From the NCBI GenBank assembly GCA_965655095.1, contig OZ296650.1, positions 102,548,001 to 102,612,000 of the forward strand: a DNA stretch of 64,000 nucleotides, written 5' to 3'. Below the pieces are notes generated by a model. The model searched no databases and was not told the DNA's origin. It saw only the letters and a list, made by a program, of their open reading frames with translations. The position numbers and the translations under genes were made by a program. Positions within the stretch are counted from its first letter, which is position 1, and every line of letters begins with the position of its first letter. Positions 25,701-36,860 of this stretch are shown here, one piece after another. This stretch comes from Haplodiscus bocki. Lineage: Eukaryota.

Positions 25701-26750
25701 TCGAAAACAAGTCGATCAAATTTGTCAGTATAGTTGAATGGTCGCTCTCGATTTTTTGAGCGAAGGTAGAGGAATGCCAGAATGCAGTATACTAAACAGA
25801 AATTGTCCCACACATTTTTGATATTCAAAAGGCTATATCAAAAAGGAGCAAGTTTTGTCGGAGTCGGTATAAAGGAACTGCCAGTGAGTGATCTGGTTTT
25901 ACAAACTTTAATATCCAATGATAGAAAGTTTTCCAGGACCCAGCCTGAGATCCAACAAAAAATTACATTGAGTTGTCGAAGAAGTTGGTCAAACAATTCA
26001 TTGAGATCGCATTCAACTATAGACTCCACAACACGTATTAACCGAATTGAAAAATAAGCAGAGACGTTTTCTCTACCCAGTGGTTTCGAAAGGACTACTT
26101 GAATGCATAAGCTGACACGTGACATCCCTTGGACAGTTATTTCTTTCTCAATTAAAAGAGCAAAATCAGACCGGTTGCTCATCATAAAAGCGAAAGGATC
26201 GACTCATTCCTGATGTACGTCTAATCGCAAAAAATTGAAATGTGAATTTAGCGCTGATACAACTTTCGAAACCTGTGGAACGGAGGCCCACACAATTTCA
26301 TTAACAAAAGTTGGAGACGGAAGAGTAGAAAGTTCCTTCGGCTTTGTGAATACAAAGTGTCGATTCATGCCCAAGAATTTTCGGACACGCATTGCAGCGA
26401 ATTTTTTTCTAGAATTAATGAACATATCGCAGGTGACGGAGCACATTTTCAGACTTAGTGAACGTTGAGTTACAATGTCCACAAGTAAAGGCACTTAAAG
26501 ATGGTTCTCGTTTGTGAACTTCGCGGATATGCTTGAACAGTGTTTTTTCGTATCGAAGGATATACCACAATCACGGCAGGGGAAAAACATGTAGCAGTTC
26601 TTCAACACCAAAGAAGTCGGTCGACCAAAATGATGCTGGTTGAAATCAAAACTAGTTGCAATCTTTTCGAAATTAGCCCAATTGATAGTGAAACCCAACC
26701 GTACCTTCAAAAACTTAATCCCGACATTTTTTGCTAATTCCACCAATCAT
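22790..26750 (-). pseudogene. Protein-primed DNA polymerase B with N-terminal zinc fingers, OTU-like segment and EndoVII/HNH-like insert
   Basis: From N to C: CRDCGISF (C2H2-like), DNFCLVYCIL..HFCVV, PFVVYADVE (exo I), CCIC..HHCHSTGKVLGIAH (EndoVII-like), KIFFPYNFLDS, DVYPLADIFEAFR, ERAIRG, FDVTTFYAETMQQPLPCG (motif A), IKLLSNARFGK (motif B), YKDTNSL (motif C), AKGV and DDNRFILEDGIRSFAYGHY. Confidence 0.95.
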
Positions 26751-27156
26751 CACAGTGGAATTTTTCCAAGTTCAAGAAATAAATGCGTTAATTGAGCTTT
26801 GAAGAATATATTAGGTACAACAGGCGACTAAAAAAGATCCTCTAAACAGTGTCTATTTCTATCAACAATCTACCATAGCTATTATAGAACGAGTTCAAAA
26901 GGTTCGCACGATCTATCACGTAATGTCAGATGGATCCAACAAACGGTTGACGGACCTGACGAGACCCACAAATCAGGTAGACCACTTAGGGAGAGCAGTA
27001 ACTTTAGAACTTTGGCAAGTCTGAAGCTATCTGGACATAAGGGTAGATAGCGGTAAAAATTGGAATTCACTTGTCAAGTCAAAGGTATGAAAAGAAGTTC
27101 TGTCAAGAAAAAAGTTATTCATTTCAAATTTATCGCAGAAAGCATACCAAAACATA

Positions 27157-27522
27157 ATGCAGAACTATCTGTCTATCATGACTCACGGTACCCGCGAAAA
27201 AATAGTTCGCAGTAGCAGCCCTCGATATGGTCACTTTGACAACAAACTGCTGAAAAAGAGACTTCATGAGTTTGGCGAAGCAGGTGGTGTGATTGGAATG
27301 AAAGGCACTTTCCCGCAATCCTCCTTCACTAATCTTCTGAGGCTCAACTGGACAAAGCTCTTCTTCTCGATTTTGGACAACTCCCAACTCCCGGAAGATA
27401 TGAAGACTCCATCTCTCCCTGACGATGATGTGGATCTGCGCAATGAATCAAGATTCACGACAACAAACTACTCGGAAAGTGATAAGATGAAATTTCACGC
27501 ATCACACCAAAGCAGGTTTTGA
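27157..27522 (+). CDS. Polinton B hypothetical protein (121 aa)
   Basis: ATG-initiated ORF divergent from pPolB and inside the TIRs; no recognised domain. Confidence 0.4.
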   Translation: MQNYLSIMTHGTREKIVRSSSPRYGHFDNKLLKKRLHEFGEAGGVIGMKGTFPQSSFTNLLRLNWTKLFFSILDNSQLPEDMKTPSLPDDDVDLRNESRFTTTNYSESDKMKFHASHQSRF

Positions 27523-27614
27523 TAAATCATAAAATATTTGGAATACTAGTATCTCACTCGCTCAATTATATTGCATGGCAATTTGACAAAATTGGAAAAC
27601 AATAGCTCAATTGA

Positions 27615-28010
27615 GTGAGGGTTCATTGTTTTGGTCCGAAGAGTGCATTTCGAGCATCCGTCAACCTGTTCTATACCAACTGCCACACCAAGAAAGCTGT
27701 ATACATAACTCTGAAGTTATTCAAGTACGAAGTGTGGTGGTCGCAGTTCACTCCAATTGGCAAAGTCATCACGCCTCATCCTTGTGAAATGATACGAATA
27801 ATTCTCCAATATAACGATTACTTGGAGCAAGAAGCAGCAAGTATTGAAATCAGTGAGGGAGCTAACTTATCTGCACCAGTAGTAGAAAGCGACGAAGAAC
27901 GAGACATGTCAATTGTGGTGTTTAGTCCGCCACAAAAGAAAGCTAAGACAGCAGCAAAGATTATGACGCCTGAGAAAATTACGAAAAAGACAACAAAGCA
28001 AACGCATTAA
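27615..28010 (+). pseudogene. Polinton B hypothetical protein, possibly PC4-like ssDNA-binding
   Basis: The beta-strand-like AVYITLKLFKY segment is followed by an acidic stretch and a basic PPQKKAK tail. The fold assignment is a guess. Confidence 0.3.
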
Positions 28011-28589
28011 ACAAGAGAAACCCAGTCCACTGCAGCCGCTACAAATACAGCTACAACAACCGAACCGAAGACGTTTTGATCGGAAGTGATGAGTAACTTT
28101 CGTTGATTAACTTGAATAGGCATATTAGAAGTTTTAAGCCGGAATTGTGAATTAGAAAAGAGCATTAGTAACTTGTAAGTGTTGGTCTATAAGTTTAAAC
28201 TAAGTATTTCAAACGTATATCTAGCCCGTTTTGCATGGATTCAATCAGCATTAACTTCACTAAATTGCAATTCAAATTTGAAACTAACCTTTTGAAGAAG
28301 AGTTGAGCTGCAAATTTTCGTAAGTAGCTGAGACTTCTTGCCAATGATTTGAGAGAGCACTGTGCCCTGGGTTAAATTTGAAAGAAATAGACCTCAAAAA
28401 ACTCATTTTTGGAGAATGCATAGCGAGATAGTTCCAAAAGTGATCTATTTCGATTCGATCCCACCCCCAGCTCATCCAACTTTTCTGAACCCAAATTCAG
28501 ACAAAAATTCAGTTATTTGGTCCAGCGAACGAAATTGACACGAGCAAAAAGAGTTTTCCAATCCAAAACCCCTTATATAATTGTTTCAC

Positions 28590-28683
28590 AAAAGCGGCAG
28601 TGCCAGCGCGCTTTTCCATTTGACCCAGAATGCGCGACTTACATGAAAGCCATCGTAGTGTAAACCACTATGCTACAGGCACC
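28590..28683 (-). ncRNA. Putative Pol III-transcribed tRNA-like RNA in the right subterminal region
   Basis: On the minus strand: GGTGCC..GGCACT closing stem, consensus A box TAGCATAGTGG, hairpins TAGTG/CACTA, GGCTT/AAGTC and GCGC/GCGC, a weak B box GGGTCAAAT, and a TTTT end. Confidence 0.45.
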
Positions 28684-28875
28684 ATTGATTGGAGCTGAAA
28701 CGACTTGATCATAAATGCAGTATTTCGAAAAAGCAACACCACCGTTTAATGTTTTCTTTGAGCCTATTTACACAGTATGTGCCGAATAGATTGGAACGGC
28801 GTTCACATAACATAGTTTGATCAATATCCTAAGTCAATTAAGTTCTATATGTATGAATTTGATGACGTCATATAG

Positions 28876-28931
28876 GGAGCCATGAAACTGTGCAGGGACC
28901 CCTCCTCCCCTGCCCCCCAGCATATACTACT
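28876..28931 (-). repeat. Right terminal inverted repeat of Polinton B
   Basis: Ends in ACTACT, the canonical Polinton terminus, followed by the TSD CACATC. Confidence 0.92.
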
Positions 28932-31900
28932 CACATCATATTTTCTAATTTTTCAAATTTTGAAAGTTTTGATTTTCAGTCAAAAAATTTCATAATTAAG
29001 GTGGAAAAAAATATTTTTAGGAAATAATATTTGATAAGCATTCTACAAAAAAATTGCCACATTTAGCGATTTTGAAAATAAAAGTTTTTTTCGAGGAAAC
29101 CTATGTAATTCTTTAAAAAAATTCGTTCGTTTTGAGAAAAATTACAATTTCACTCGCATTCTACGACAAATATGTTACAATTTGAAAAAAATTCACATCC
29201 AGAAGCGTGAACGAACATCGTTTAACGTGAACGCAATTGGCAAACTTGGATTGAAACGTTCCGTTTGAGAGGAAGATTTTTGTGCACAAATGATCCAGTC
29301 GTTTTTTATCGTGTCGGGTTATTTCTTTTCGTCGTTGGAACTTTGTGAAAAACAAGGGTAAAAGAAGCCTTTTGGAGTTAATCATTTATGGAGCTAATTA
29401 ATTTGCCATTCGAAAATATCAACAAAAGCAACGCGAAATTCAAAAATTTTCTTTTTCTGATAAGTTTTCAGTGTTATTCCGTTTATACGATGAAAGTTAA
29501 CATTTTGAGTAGCCTTTTCTGCAAGACGGTTCATTATTTTACATGATAATGTGCTAAATCAGTCAGTCTGCGCGCAAAAGAAGCACTTGCTGATGTTTAT
29601 TTCCTATCGGATTATCGTTGTCAAAGCTCAAATTTATTTAAGTCTTTCATAAGTGGTCTTCAAGTTCTGACTTTCATGCTCTCCACAATTTATGATTTTG
29701 AAATCTGTAAGTCATGGCGAGTTCATAAAATGTTACCATCATAAAATATCCTATTGAATAACAGCTTTTTTTCAAATGGAGTTAACCATTAAGCACTTTT
29801 TGAATGGATATCGTAATAAATAGTTTATTGATAGGAGAGGAGCGTTTGTATAGCATTTACACTATAAATTGCGTAAATTCCAGTTTTTTAGATTTATTAT
29901 AGCATTGTTCATTGAAAATGTCAAGAGTTGAAATGAGTTTGCATTGCAGTGAATGTTTTTCAGTTTTCTACTGTTGTGCAGTGCTCTGTGCATCGCATAT
30001 TATCATTGGACCGCCGACATCGGCAGCAGTTCTTTGAGATTTAAGTGAATGTAACTTGCATGGAAGCTTTGAAGTTGCGGCTTTGTATATAATACTTTGG
30101 TCTCTCCTCTCTAACGTGTTTCATCTATGTGCTACCATTAAAGCAGAGGCGAGGAGAGAAGACAAGTCAGAAGGTAGCAGCAAGTGAAGTTGCTGCCAGA
30201 AAAAGAAAGCAGCAGACGATTGTGTTTGTGTACGTTTACTTCTCGCTTGTCTTGTTACAATTAATGTTATTATTACCTGGTCAGCGGCCATTTAATGGAA
30301 TAACGAGCGTGCCGTGCGCAAAAACAATTGAAATTAGAGTCAAGTGAGAAGAAAAGCAGAAGGGCAAGGTTGAAGCATTTATCGCCATCGTAACGGCACT
30401 GGCCACAACACTACTGCTTCCTGCTAAAATTTTGTTTCCATCTCTTCTGACTACTTCCGGAAGTGAAGAAGGCAGCGGCCAGTAGATTGAGCAGTCCTGG
30501 CAACCAAATAGAGAGAGTGGGCAGTGAACTAAAAAGGGCGAGATAGCTGGTCGGTCGCTGCCATTGAAAGCACTCAGTGATTGGAGCTCTTTCTTGCTTC
30601 ACTACTCGACAACGACCCGGCTTCCCGTCCCATTTAATTCCATCTATCCCATCAGCAGTAGTAGTTGTAGTGAGGAACGGGCGGTGGCAACCGCATATCT
30701 AACGAACTTGCCGGAATTCCAGCAGCAGAGAACCAGTCGGCAGTTGTAATTGTTGAGGTAGTGCTGCCTCTGTTAGTTCAACTACAGCTCAGCTTCTCTT
30801 CTTAGCTCGGCAGAAGTAGAGTTGGGTGACGACGGAGAAAGCGAAGAAAGAAGACGATAGAATCATCATCAGCAGCAGAAGGAGGAGGTGGTGGAGTAGT
30901 AGGAGTAGTGCAGCAAGTACGTGTACAGTGCTAGTAGTTGTGGTCAAAGTTGTAGTTAAAAAAGCCGCCTTTACTATCTCTACTCCATCTATTCTGCTGC
31001 TATCCTCACTTCTCATCTAACATCAGTGGTAGAGAAAAGAGTAGCGGTGGCGCGGCATCAGTGGAACCGGTCAACAGTAGCCGTGTAACTTGTTACTTTT
31101 CAACATACAATACAACTCAGCCGCCTCAGCGCAGCTTCCCTTCCTTCGTTTTACTTTACTTGTTCGCCAGTACACAGAGTAGCGCCTCTGAAAAACAAGC
31201 GTGGAAGAAACAAAATATCCTAGTCGAACTTCACTCAATGTTCGGTTGGCACTTCAAAATTACTGCAAGCAATATTGTTTGTTCTAATTCACAGTAAAAT
31301 CCAACACATAACAGCAGCCTTTGCCGCCGTCGGTACAGAGGCAGCAGCTAGCACCACGCCAATTCAGGTAACTGTAAATTTTGTTCCCAACTGGTGCTGT
31401 GTTGTGCGTAGTTAGGAGATATAACGAATTACGTTTCATCGTAACAGGACAGTGAACTTGGAAGTTGACAACGTTTCTGTCAAATAGATTACCACGGCGA
31501 GCTAATTCAGGTTATTGAAAAATTTGCTCGTAATATTTTTACTACTTACTGCTGTATCATAGCGTAAATAGCAGAGAAAGCAACTAGTGTAGTGCAGTCA
31601 GAGTTGCGACATGATTATATTTGTGGATGAACAGATGAATTAACCTGGGCTGCCGCTTGGCATATTTTTGTGCTGCACCCGCTGCTTTTCTAGAAGCTTT
31701 TCTCCACAAAAAAGTTGCGACCCCGGCAGTTTTATCTGGAAAAAGCCAAATCACTGCCCATCATTTGCGGTACCATCATCTTTCAATGGTAGTAAAAGCA
31801 GACAATACTTGTCTCTTATCAAATCACAACTGATGAAATTGGTAGCTCTTAGTTGCCGTCTCTCGCCGCCGCATTCTTTATTTAGTAATTTTTGCTCAGT

Positions 31901-32403
31901 TTGTAGTTTACCTTCAGCAAGTGCAATTCATCGCTCATTACAAGTTTCCGCCCTTGATATCTGCACTTTATTATCAATTTTATTTAGACTCCTCTTAATT
32001 AGGTTACCTAGTAAATTAACCTTGCAACAACTAACCCAGGCAGCCTTAATCAAGCAAAGGCGCAAAGAATCTCTGAATTTTGCGGAGGGCACCCTCTTCT
32101 GTGCAATAGCAGCATATAGTTTGGTTAAGAACCAGTACTTTATTTTATGCCTTCACCGTTTAACCTGGAGTATAAATTTTCTACGTCGTAGGTTTCATCG
32201 GTTTCTTTCTACTCCCCTTCCCCCAGTTTTACCAAAAATAACAATTCTTACCACATACGTTTGGATCAACTATTTAAAGTGTTTAGCAACTGCTTCATTA
32301 TCGAAGGAATTGAATTCTTCTTGTTCTCAGTCTCCGTCTTCTTCCCTTCACCCGCTCATACACCGTGTCCTGCTTTTCTACCTCACTGGAAGCGAGGCAA
32401 TAA

Positions 32404-34407
32404 ATGGAAGCGGCCATGGCAGCAGGAAGTGCCGGTTTCGATCCTAGGATCAGAAGACGTCCTGCAGCAAACACGAGTGCAACAGTGGCTAGCTTCAATG
32501 ACAACAGTAACATCATCGCATCGGACCTCGTGAAGAACTCAGTCAACATTAGCTCCAACCCGTTCACCAACAATTCTGTGCCCATTGAGAAAAAGGTATC
32601 CGATCGAGTAGTCATAAACGTCAGCGGGATGATTTTCGAGACCCAAGATACCACTCTTCTGCAATACCCTGATACATTATTGGGGAATAAGCATAAACGC
32701 AGAAAATATTTCGACCATAATCGCAATCAATATTTCTTTGACCGTAGCCGACCATCGTTTGACGCTATCCTGTACTACTATCAAAGCGGAGGCCGGTTGA
32801 AACGGCCCGCGAATGTGCCTGTGGAAATCTTTTTGGAAGAAATCCGATTTTACGAGTTGGGTGAAGAAGCGGTTATGAAATTCAGGGAAGATGAGGGTTA
32901 CGTGCAAGAAGCAGAAAAACCGATGCCAAAAAACCCCACAATGCGTCGGGTGTGGTTACTGTTCGAGTACCCAGAAAGCAGTGGTTTAGCCCGAATGGTA
33001 GCTATCTTATCCGTCACAATCATTCTTTTGTCCATTGTCATATTTTGCCTTGAAACTATGCCGGAGTTCAAAGTATATCAAGACGAAGCCGCTTTAAACA
33101 ATCCATTTTTTATCATTGAAACTATTTGCGTCATTTGGTTTACTATGGAGCTTATATGCCGTTTTAGCTCTAGCCCTTGTAAGTGGACCTTTGTGCGTGA
33201 TCTCATGAATGCCTTTGACTTCCTAGCCATCTTACCATACTTCATTGAGAACTTCTCACGCCTGGTCGGCAACAGTAGCGACAATAACAAAACCATGTCT
33301 CTTGCAATCATTCGTGTAATAAGACTTGTGAGAGTATTCAGAATATTCAAACTATCTCGCCATTCTACCGGGCTGCAAATTCTTGGGCGCACTTTGAGGG
33401 CTTCCATGAGAGAACTTGGCTTGCTTATATTTTTTCTTGGCATCGGTGTTGTGGTGTTCTCAAGTGCAGTTTATTTTGCAGAAGTCGATTCAGACGTATC
33501 AAACTTCAGTTCCATTCCCGACGCTTTCTGGTGGGCTGTTGTCACTATGACAACTGTTGGTTACGGCGATATATTGCCGAGAACTTTTGCAGGAAAACTT
33601 GTCGGGTCTCTTTGTGCAATAGCAGGTGTTTTAACAATAGCACTGCCAGTTCCTGTCATAGTGTCAAATTTTAATTATTTCTACCACAGAGAACAAGACA
33701 ACGATGATTCAGACCAATACAAACACGTTTCCAGTGAACAGAACCAAAATCAATCTCTAGCTAATTTAGCGCCTCCTAACCCCAACGTTGTCTTTTCTCC
33801 TGAAGGCGATGTAACAGCGGAAGACATGCAGCCGCCCCCTGACGCCCTTAACAGGGTGGCTAGTACTCGAATTAGAAATTCTTCTTTATCCCCTAACATA
33901 TATCAAAATGAAAATATGCCTATGCCTCAAAGTATATTGACAAGTGCAGCAGTACCTAGACCGCCGGTGGTAACGGCTGCGCCCACCAACCAAACAAGTG
34001 GTGGTGGAGGAGGAGGAGCAGGTCCATTGTTATCTGCTGAATCGAATCAATCTTCAAACGGAGGTGAGAGTTCCAAACGGAAAAGTAGTGCTGGATCATC
34101 AGTGGATGTCTTTCAAGATCCTATGGCTGATCTTGTAGCACCTGCCGTTTCAGGAGGCCCAGCAGCTCAGAATCAAACTTTGCCAGCCGTTGGTTCAAAT
34201 GTCGTTAATAACCCAACAGGTAGGTTGACTAGAGGAGTCTCGCTTCCAGCACAATCTGTTGGGCGAAGAGTGTCTCTTGTTCAGGCCAAACCAAATAGTG
34301 TAGATCCGATGGGTGCTAGAGATTCCTCAAGTAGAGCTAACAATATTGCCGTAATTGCACCTCAGCCTCAAATACAAACAGGCGTTCGCACAGAAACAGA
34401 TGTATAG
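32404..34407 (+). CDS. KCNA: Shaker/Kv1-family voltage-gated potassium channel, intronless, 667 aa
   Basis: T1 domain ([35 protein letters not shown]), LFEYPESS, S4 [18 protein letters not shown], pore [18 protein letters not shown]6 [21 protein letters not shown], and C-terminal PDZ ligand ETDV. Confidence 0.98.
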   Translation: MEAAMAAGSAGFDPRIRRRPAANTSATVASFNDNSNIIASDLVKNSVNISSNPFTNNSVPIEKKVSDRVVINVSGMIFETQDTTLLQYPDTLLGNKHKRRKYFDHNRNQYFFDRSRPSFDAILYYYQSGGRLKRPANVPVEIFLEEIRFYELGEEAVMKFREDEGYVQEAEKPMPKNPTMRRVWLLFEYPESSGLARMVAILSVTIILLSIVIFCLETMPEFKVYQDEAALNNPFFIIETICVIWFTMELICRFSSSPCKWTFVRDLMNAFDFLAILPYFIENFSRLVGNSSDNNKTMSLAIIRVIRLVRVFRIFKLSRHSTGLQILGRTLRASMRELGLLIFFLGIGVVVFSSAVYFAEVDSDVSNFSSIPDAFWWAVVTMTTVGYGDILPRTFAGKLVGSLCAIAGVLTIALPVPVIVSNFNYFYHREQDNDDSDQYKHVSSEQNQNQSLANLAPPNPNVVFSPEGDVTAEDMQPPPDALNRVASTRIRNSSLSPNIYQNENMPMPQSILTSAAVPRPPVVTAAPTNQTSGGGGGGAGPLLSAESNQSSNGGESSKRKSSAGSSVDVFQDPMADLVAPAVSGGPAAQNQTLPAVGSNVVNNPTGRLTRGVSLPAQSVGRRVSLVQAKPNSVDPMGARDSSSRANNIAVIAPQPQIQTGVRTETDV

Positions 34408-35379
34408 CCACCACGAATTCACATCTTATCTCTTCTTCGTTGACCAAGTACGATTCAGCAACGGTAAGTGCATATGCAATTAACTCATTCAAAGTTCCTT
34501 TTCAATTTTTTATTAATTCACTTTAATTTTCGAATTCCGATAACTTGCTTCGCATACAACTTTTGTTTCGTAAGCATCCTCGCCTAACCACGGGGACTGC
34601 ACGTCCTTTTATTATGCAAGGCGGAAAGTGCTCTGCAGACAAGGTACTCAGCGTCTCGGGGCAGTTCCAGGAAAGGGGAAAAACTCCTATTGGATTCAAA
34701 ATTTTCCTTTCGAAAGTTTTTCGACGGAAAATAAAAATTCAACTTGTAATGGAAAAGACATATTTTTAATTGCGTCGACGTTGAAAGTTAGTTTTTAGGA
34801 GTAGCGGTGAGATTGTTGCGAATTCTCATTACCTAATGGTCCTGTGGAGTGGCAGAGAATATTTGCTTCGTAATTCAACAAATTTATGCGTCTTCTGTTT
34901 CCAAGTTCCAAATCAGCAAAAAATATTTCAATGTGCAGCGTGATCATATGTCTTTAGACGTGAACATTTTTGGGAGTTCACAACGTCTTCCATTTGAGTT
35001 ATTTCTATAAGTTTCAGTTTGAAAAAAAAACAAGTGAAACCAGTTTTCTTGCCAAATAGCATTATTAACGTGAGCTGGGAGTCCAACTTTTCGAGAATTT
35101 TCCAGTTTTTCCCTTTTTTTCATTATAAATGCGACTTTCATTTGACTGACGTTAAAATGAACAAGTCAGGAAGGCTCAAGTTGACGCTGCCCGTGTGGTG
35201 CAAAATATGGAAAGATTTTGTAGGCTTCATTTTGTCTTTTCCTTGACGACTGGAGGCCTAGGACTCCAGTACTACCCTGCAGAATTTTTGTTGATTTTAG
35301 AGGTATTGAGAAGACTTACGCATTCCGACTGAAAGGAAGAATATGCACTGGAAACCGGCATATACTTAGTTCCTTATCC

Positions 35380-35535
35380 TATCCAAAACTTGCATTTTTC
35401 GATGTCTCAGAGAGTTAGTGTGAACGGTCAAAACGGGCTTTTTTGGCTGCTGCTAGTCTATTTTCGCATTGTTTACTGTGCAAACTTTTTATAATTGGGC
35501 AGCAAAACGGCGTACGCTGAAAAAACATGTCTGTC
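35380..35535 (+). repeat. Dispersed repeat family 1, copy a
   Basis: TCCAAAACTTGCA..GTGAACGGTC.AAAACGGGC..CAGCAAAA also occurs at ~36490 and ~58160. Confidence 0.7.
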
Positions 35536-35639
35536 AACTCGAATGCAGGTTTACAAAAGAGCAAAAAAATAATTGGCAAAAGTTTCATTTATTACTGATT
35601 TTGTGAGATTTTTATACGTTGTTCAGGGTTGCCTTGTTG

Positions 35640-35970
35640 AAATAAAACTTTTCAAAACTCTAACATGAATGTTTGTAACCGGTTTTGGTTCCATTTTTAG
35701 CAAAAATTTTTAGCCGCAAAATTTTTTAGCCGTCTGAAAAGTCATCTCATTTTATATGAGAAGTAGTACTCACTTCCCTCAAAAAGGTCATACGGATCCT
35801 CAAAATTATGGAAGTGAACCGTGCACATATTTGGCTTTCATGGAACCTTGATTGTCTGTCAAATTTGATTGATTGGTGTAATTGAAAATGTTTAGGCAAA
35901 CGGTTATTGTTTACGAGATGTTTAACGATGAATTTTTTACCTTAATTATGGAACATTTGAAGCAGCTTAC
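35640..35970 (+). repeat. Dispersed repeat family 2, copy a
   Basis: Near-identical to ~55273-55670, sharing AACCGGTTTTGGTTCC..CATTTTATATGAGAAGTAGTACTCACTTCCCTCAAAAAGGTCATACGGATCC..GTGCACATATTTGGC. Confidence 0.9.
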
Positions 35971-36115
35971 CGCTTTTTTTTGGGCTGAAGACTCGAGGGA
36001 TCTTCTGGACCTTATCGCTTAGCATTTAGCACTTAGTGTCTTTACTAATTTTTCATTTTTGCCTATGAGTGCAATAGATCTGGTAAATGAAGCTGACTTT
36101 TGAATCGCGTTTTTG

Positions 36116-36456
36116 CACTTGCGCAAGCAAGTTTTATCGCAGTCTTTCCTTTTCCGATTCTTCCACGACTTGCATTAGTGCCTACATTCTAATGTTGCCT
36201 AGGATTTGTTCATGCGCTCTCGCTTTCTTACCAAAATTTTATCACGTGGCCTTTTTTTCGCGCGCTTGTTTTAAATATAAAGCGATTTAACTGCTATAGC
36301 TTTTCGTACTTGTTACTCTTGGATATAAGTTTATAAAAATTAACCGAGTCAATTCAATTTGTTTACTTGTTTAATCAGTAGTTTTCGTAGTTGCGTGGCC
36401 CCTTCAAAAATTGGTTATTTTTAGTCGATTTCATTAGTAATCCGTCGGCGCAAGTG
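36116..36456. mobile_element. CACTTGCGC-terminated MITE, copy 1
   Basis: Starts CACTTGCGCAAGCAAG and ends GGCGCAAGTG. Related copies start at 46240, 52755 and 53142. Confidence 0.75.
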
Positions 36457-36489
36457 TTTCGAAACACACCTTCGTCTCTGTTTTATCCT

Positions 36490-36860
36490 GTCCAAAACTT
36501 GCACTTTTTAACTTCATCATAGAGTCTGGTCATTTATTGTGAACGGTCTAAAACGGGCGTTTTTTGGCAGGAACTTGTTAATTTTTACGTTGTTTACTGT
36601 GCAAACGTATTGAACATTACGCAGCAAAATGGCATAAACTGAAAAGACATGATTGACATCAAATTTTTGAGTGAGACACTGTGGCATATACTTGTCTCAA
36701 TTTGGCTTTTTCGAACAAACTCTTGATTGACACCCAATGTGCTATTTCTGAAAGTTCTAATCAAACCTCCGAGCATGGTTGCAAATGTCTTTTGAGATTC
36801 GTGATCTCAACTGACAAATCAGCATATGTTGCTAAGGTCTGCTTCGCCTTTGTGTTAAAA
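36490..36860 (+). repeat. Dispersed repeat family 1, copy b
   Basis: Similar to 58160-58495 over ~350 bp, including CTCCGA.C.TGGTT.CAAATGTC.TT.GA.ATxCGTGATCTCAA.TGACAA.TCAG. Confidence 0.75.

Larger units (their letters stand above)
12661..28931. mobile_element. Full-length Polinton/Maverick (adintovirus-like) element B, ~16.3 kb, inactivated
   Basis: The left end ATCAGTATATGC..GGGGTCTCTGCACAGGTTCATGGCTCC matches the reverse complement of the right end (AGTAGTATATGC..GGGGTCCCTGCACAGTTTCATGGCTCC). CACATC flanks both ends (12655-12660, 28932-28937). The canonical gene set is present: ATPase, INT, mCP, MCP, PRO, pPolB. Confidence 0.95.

Noticed and set aside
31668-32447. 259-aa ORF overlapping the Kv1 start
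   Set aside because: It starts at TTG, has Leu/Ser-rich non-coding-like composition and no domain; probably UTR or intron.
32298-33443. Antisense ORFs over Kv1
   Set aside because: They are shadow frames of the real CDS.
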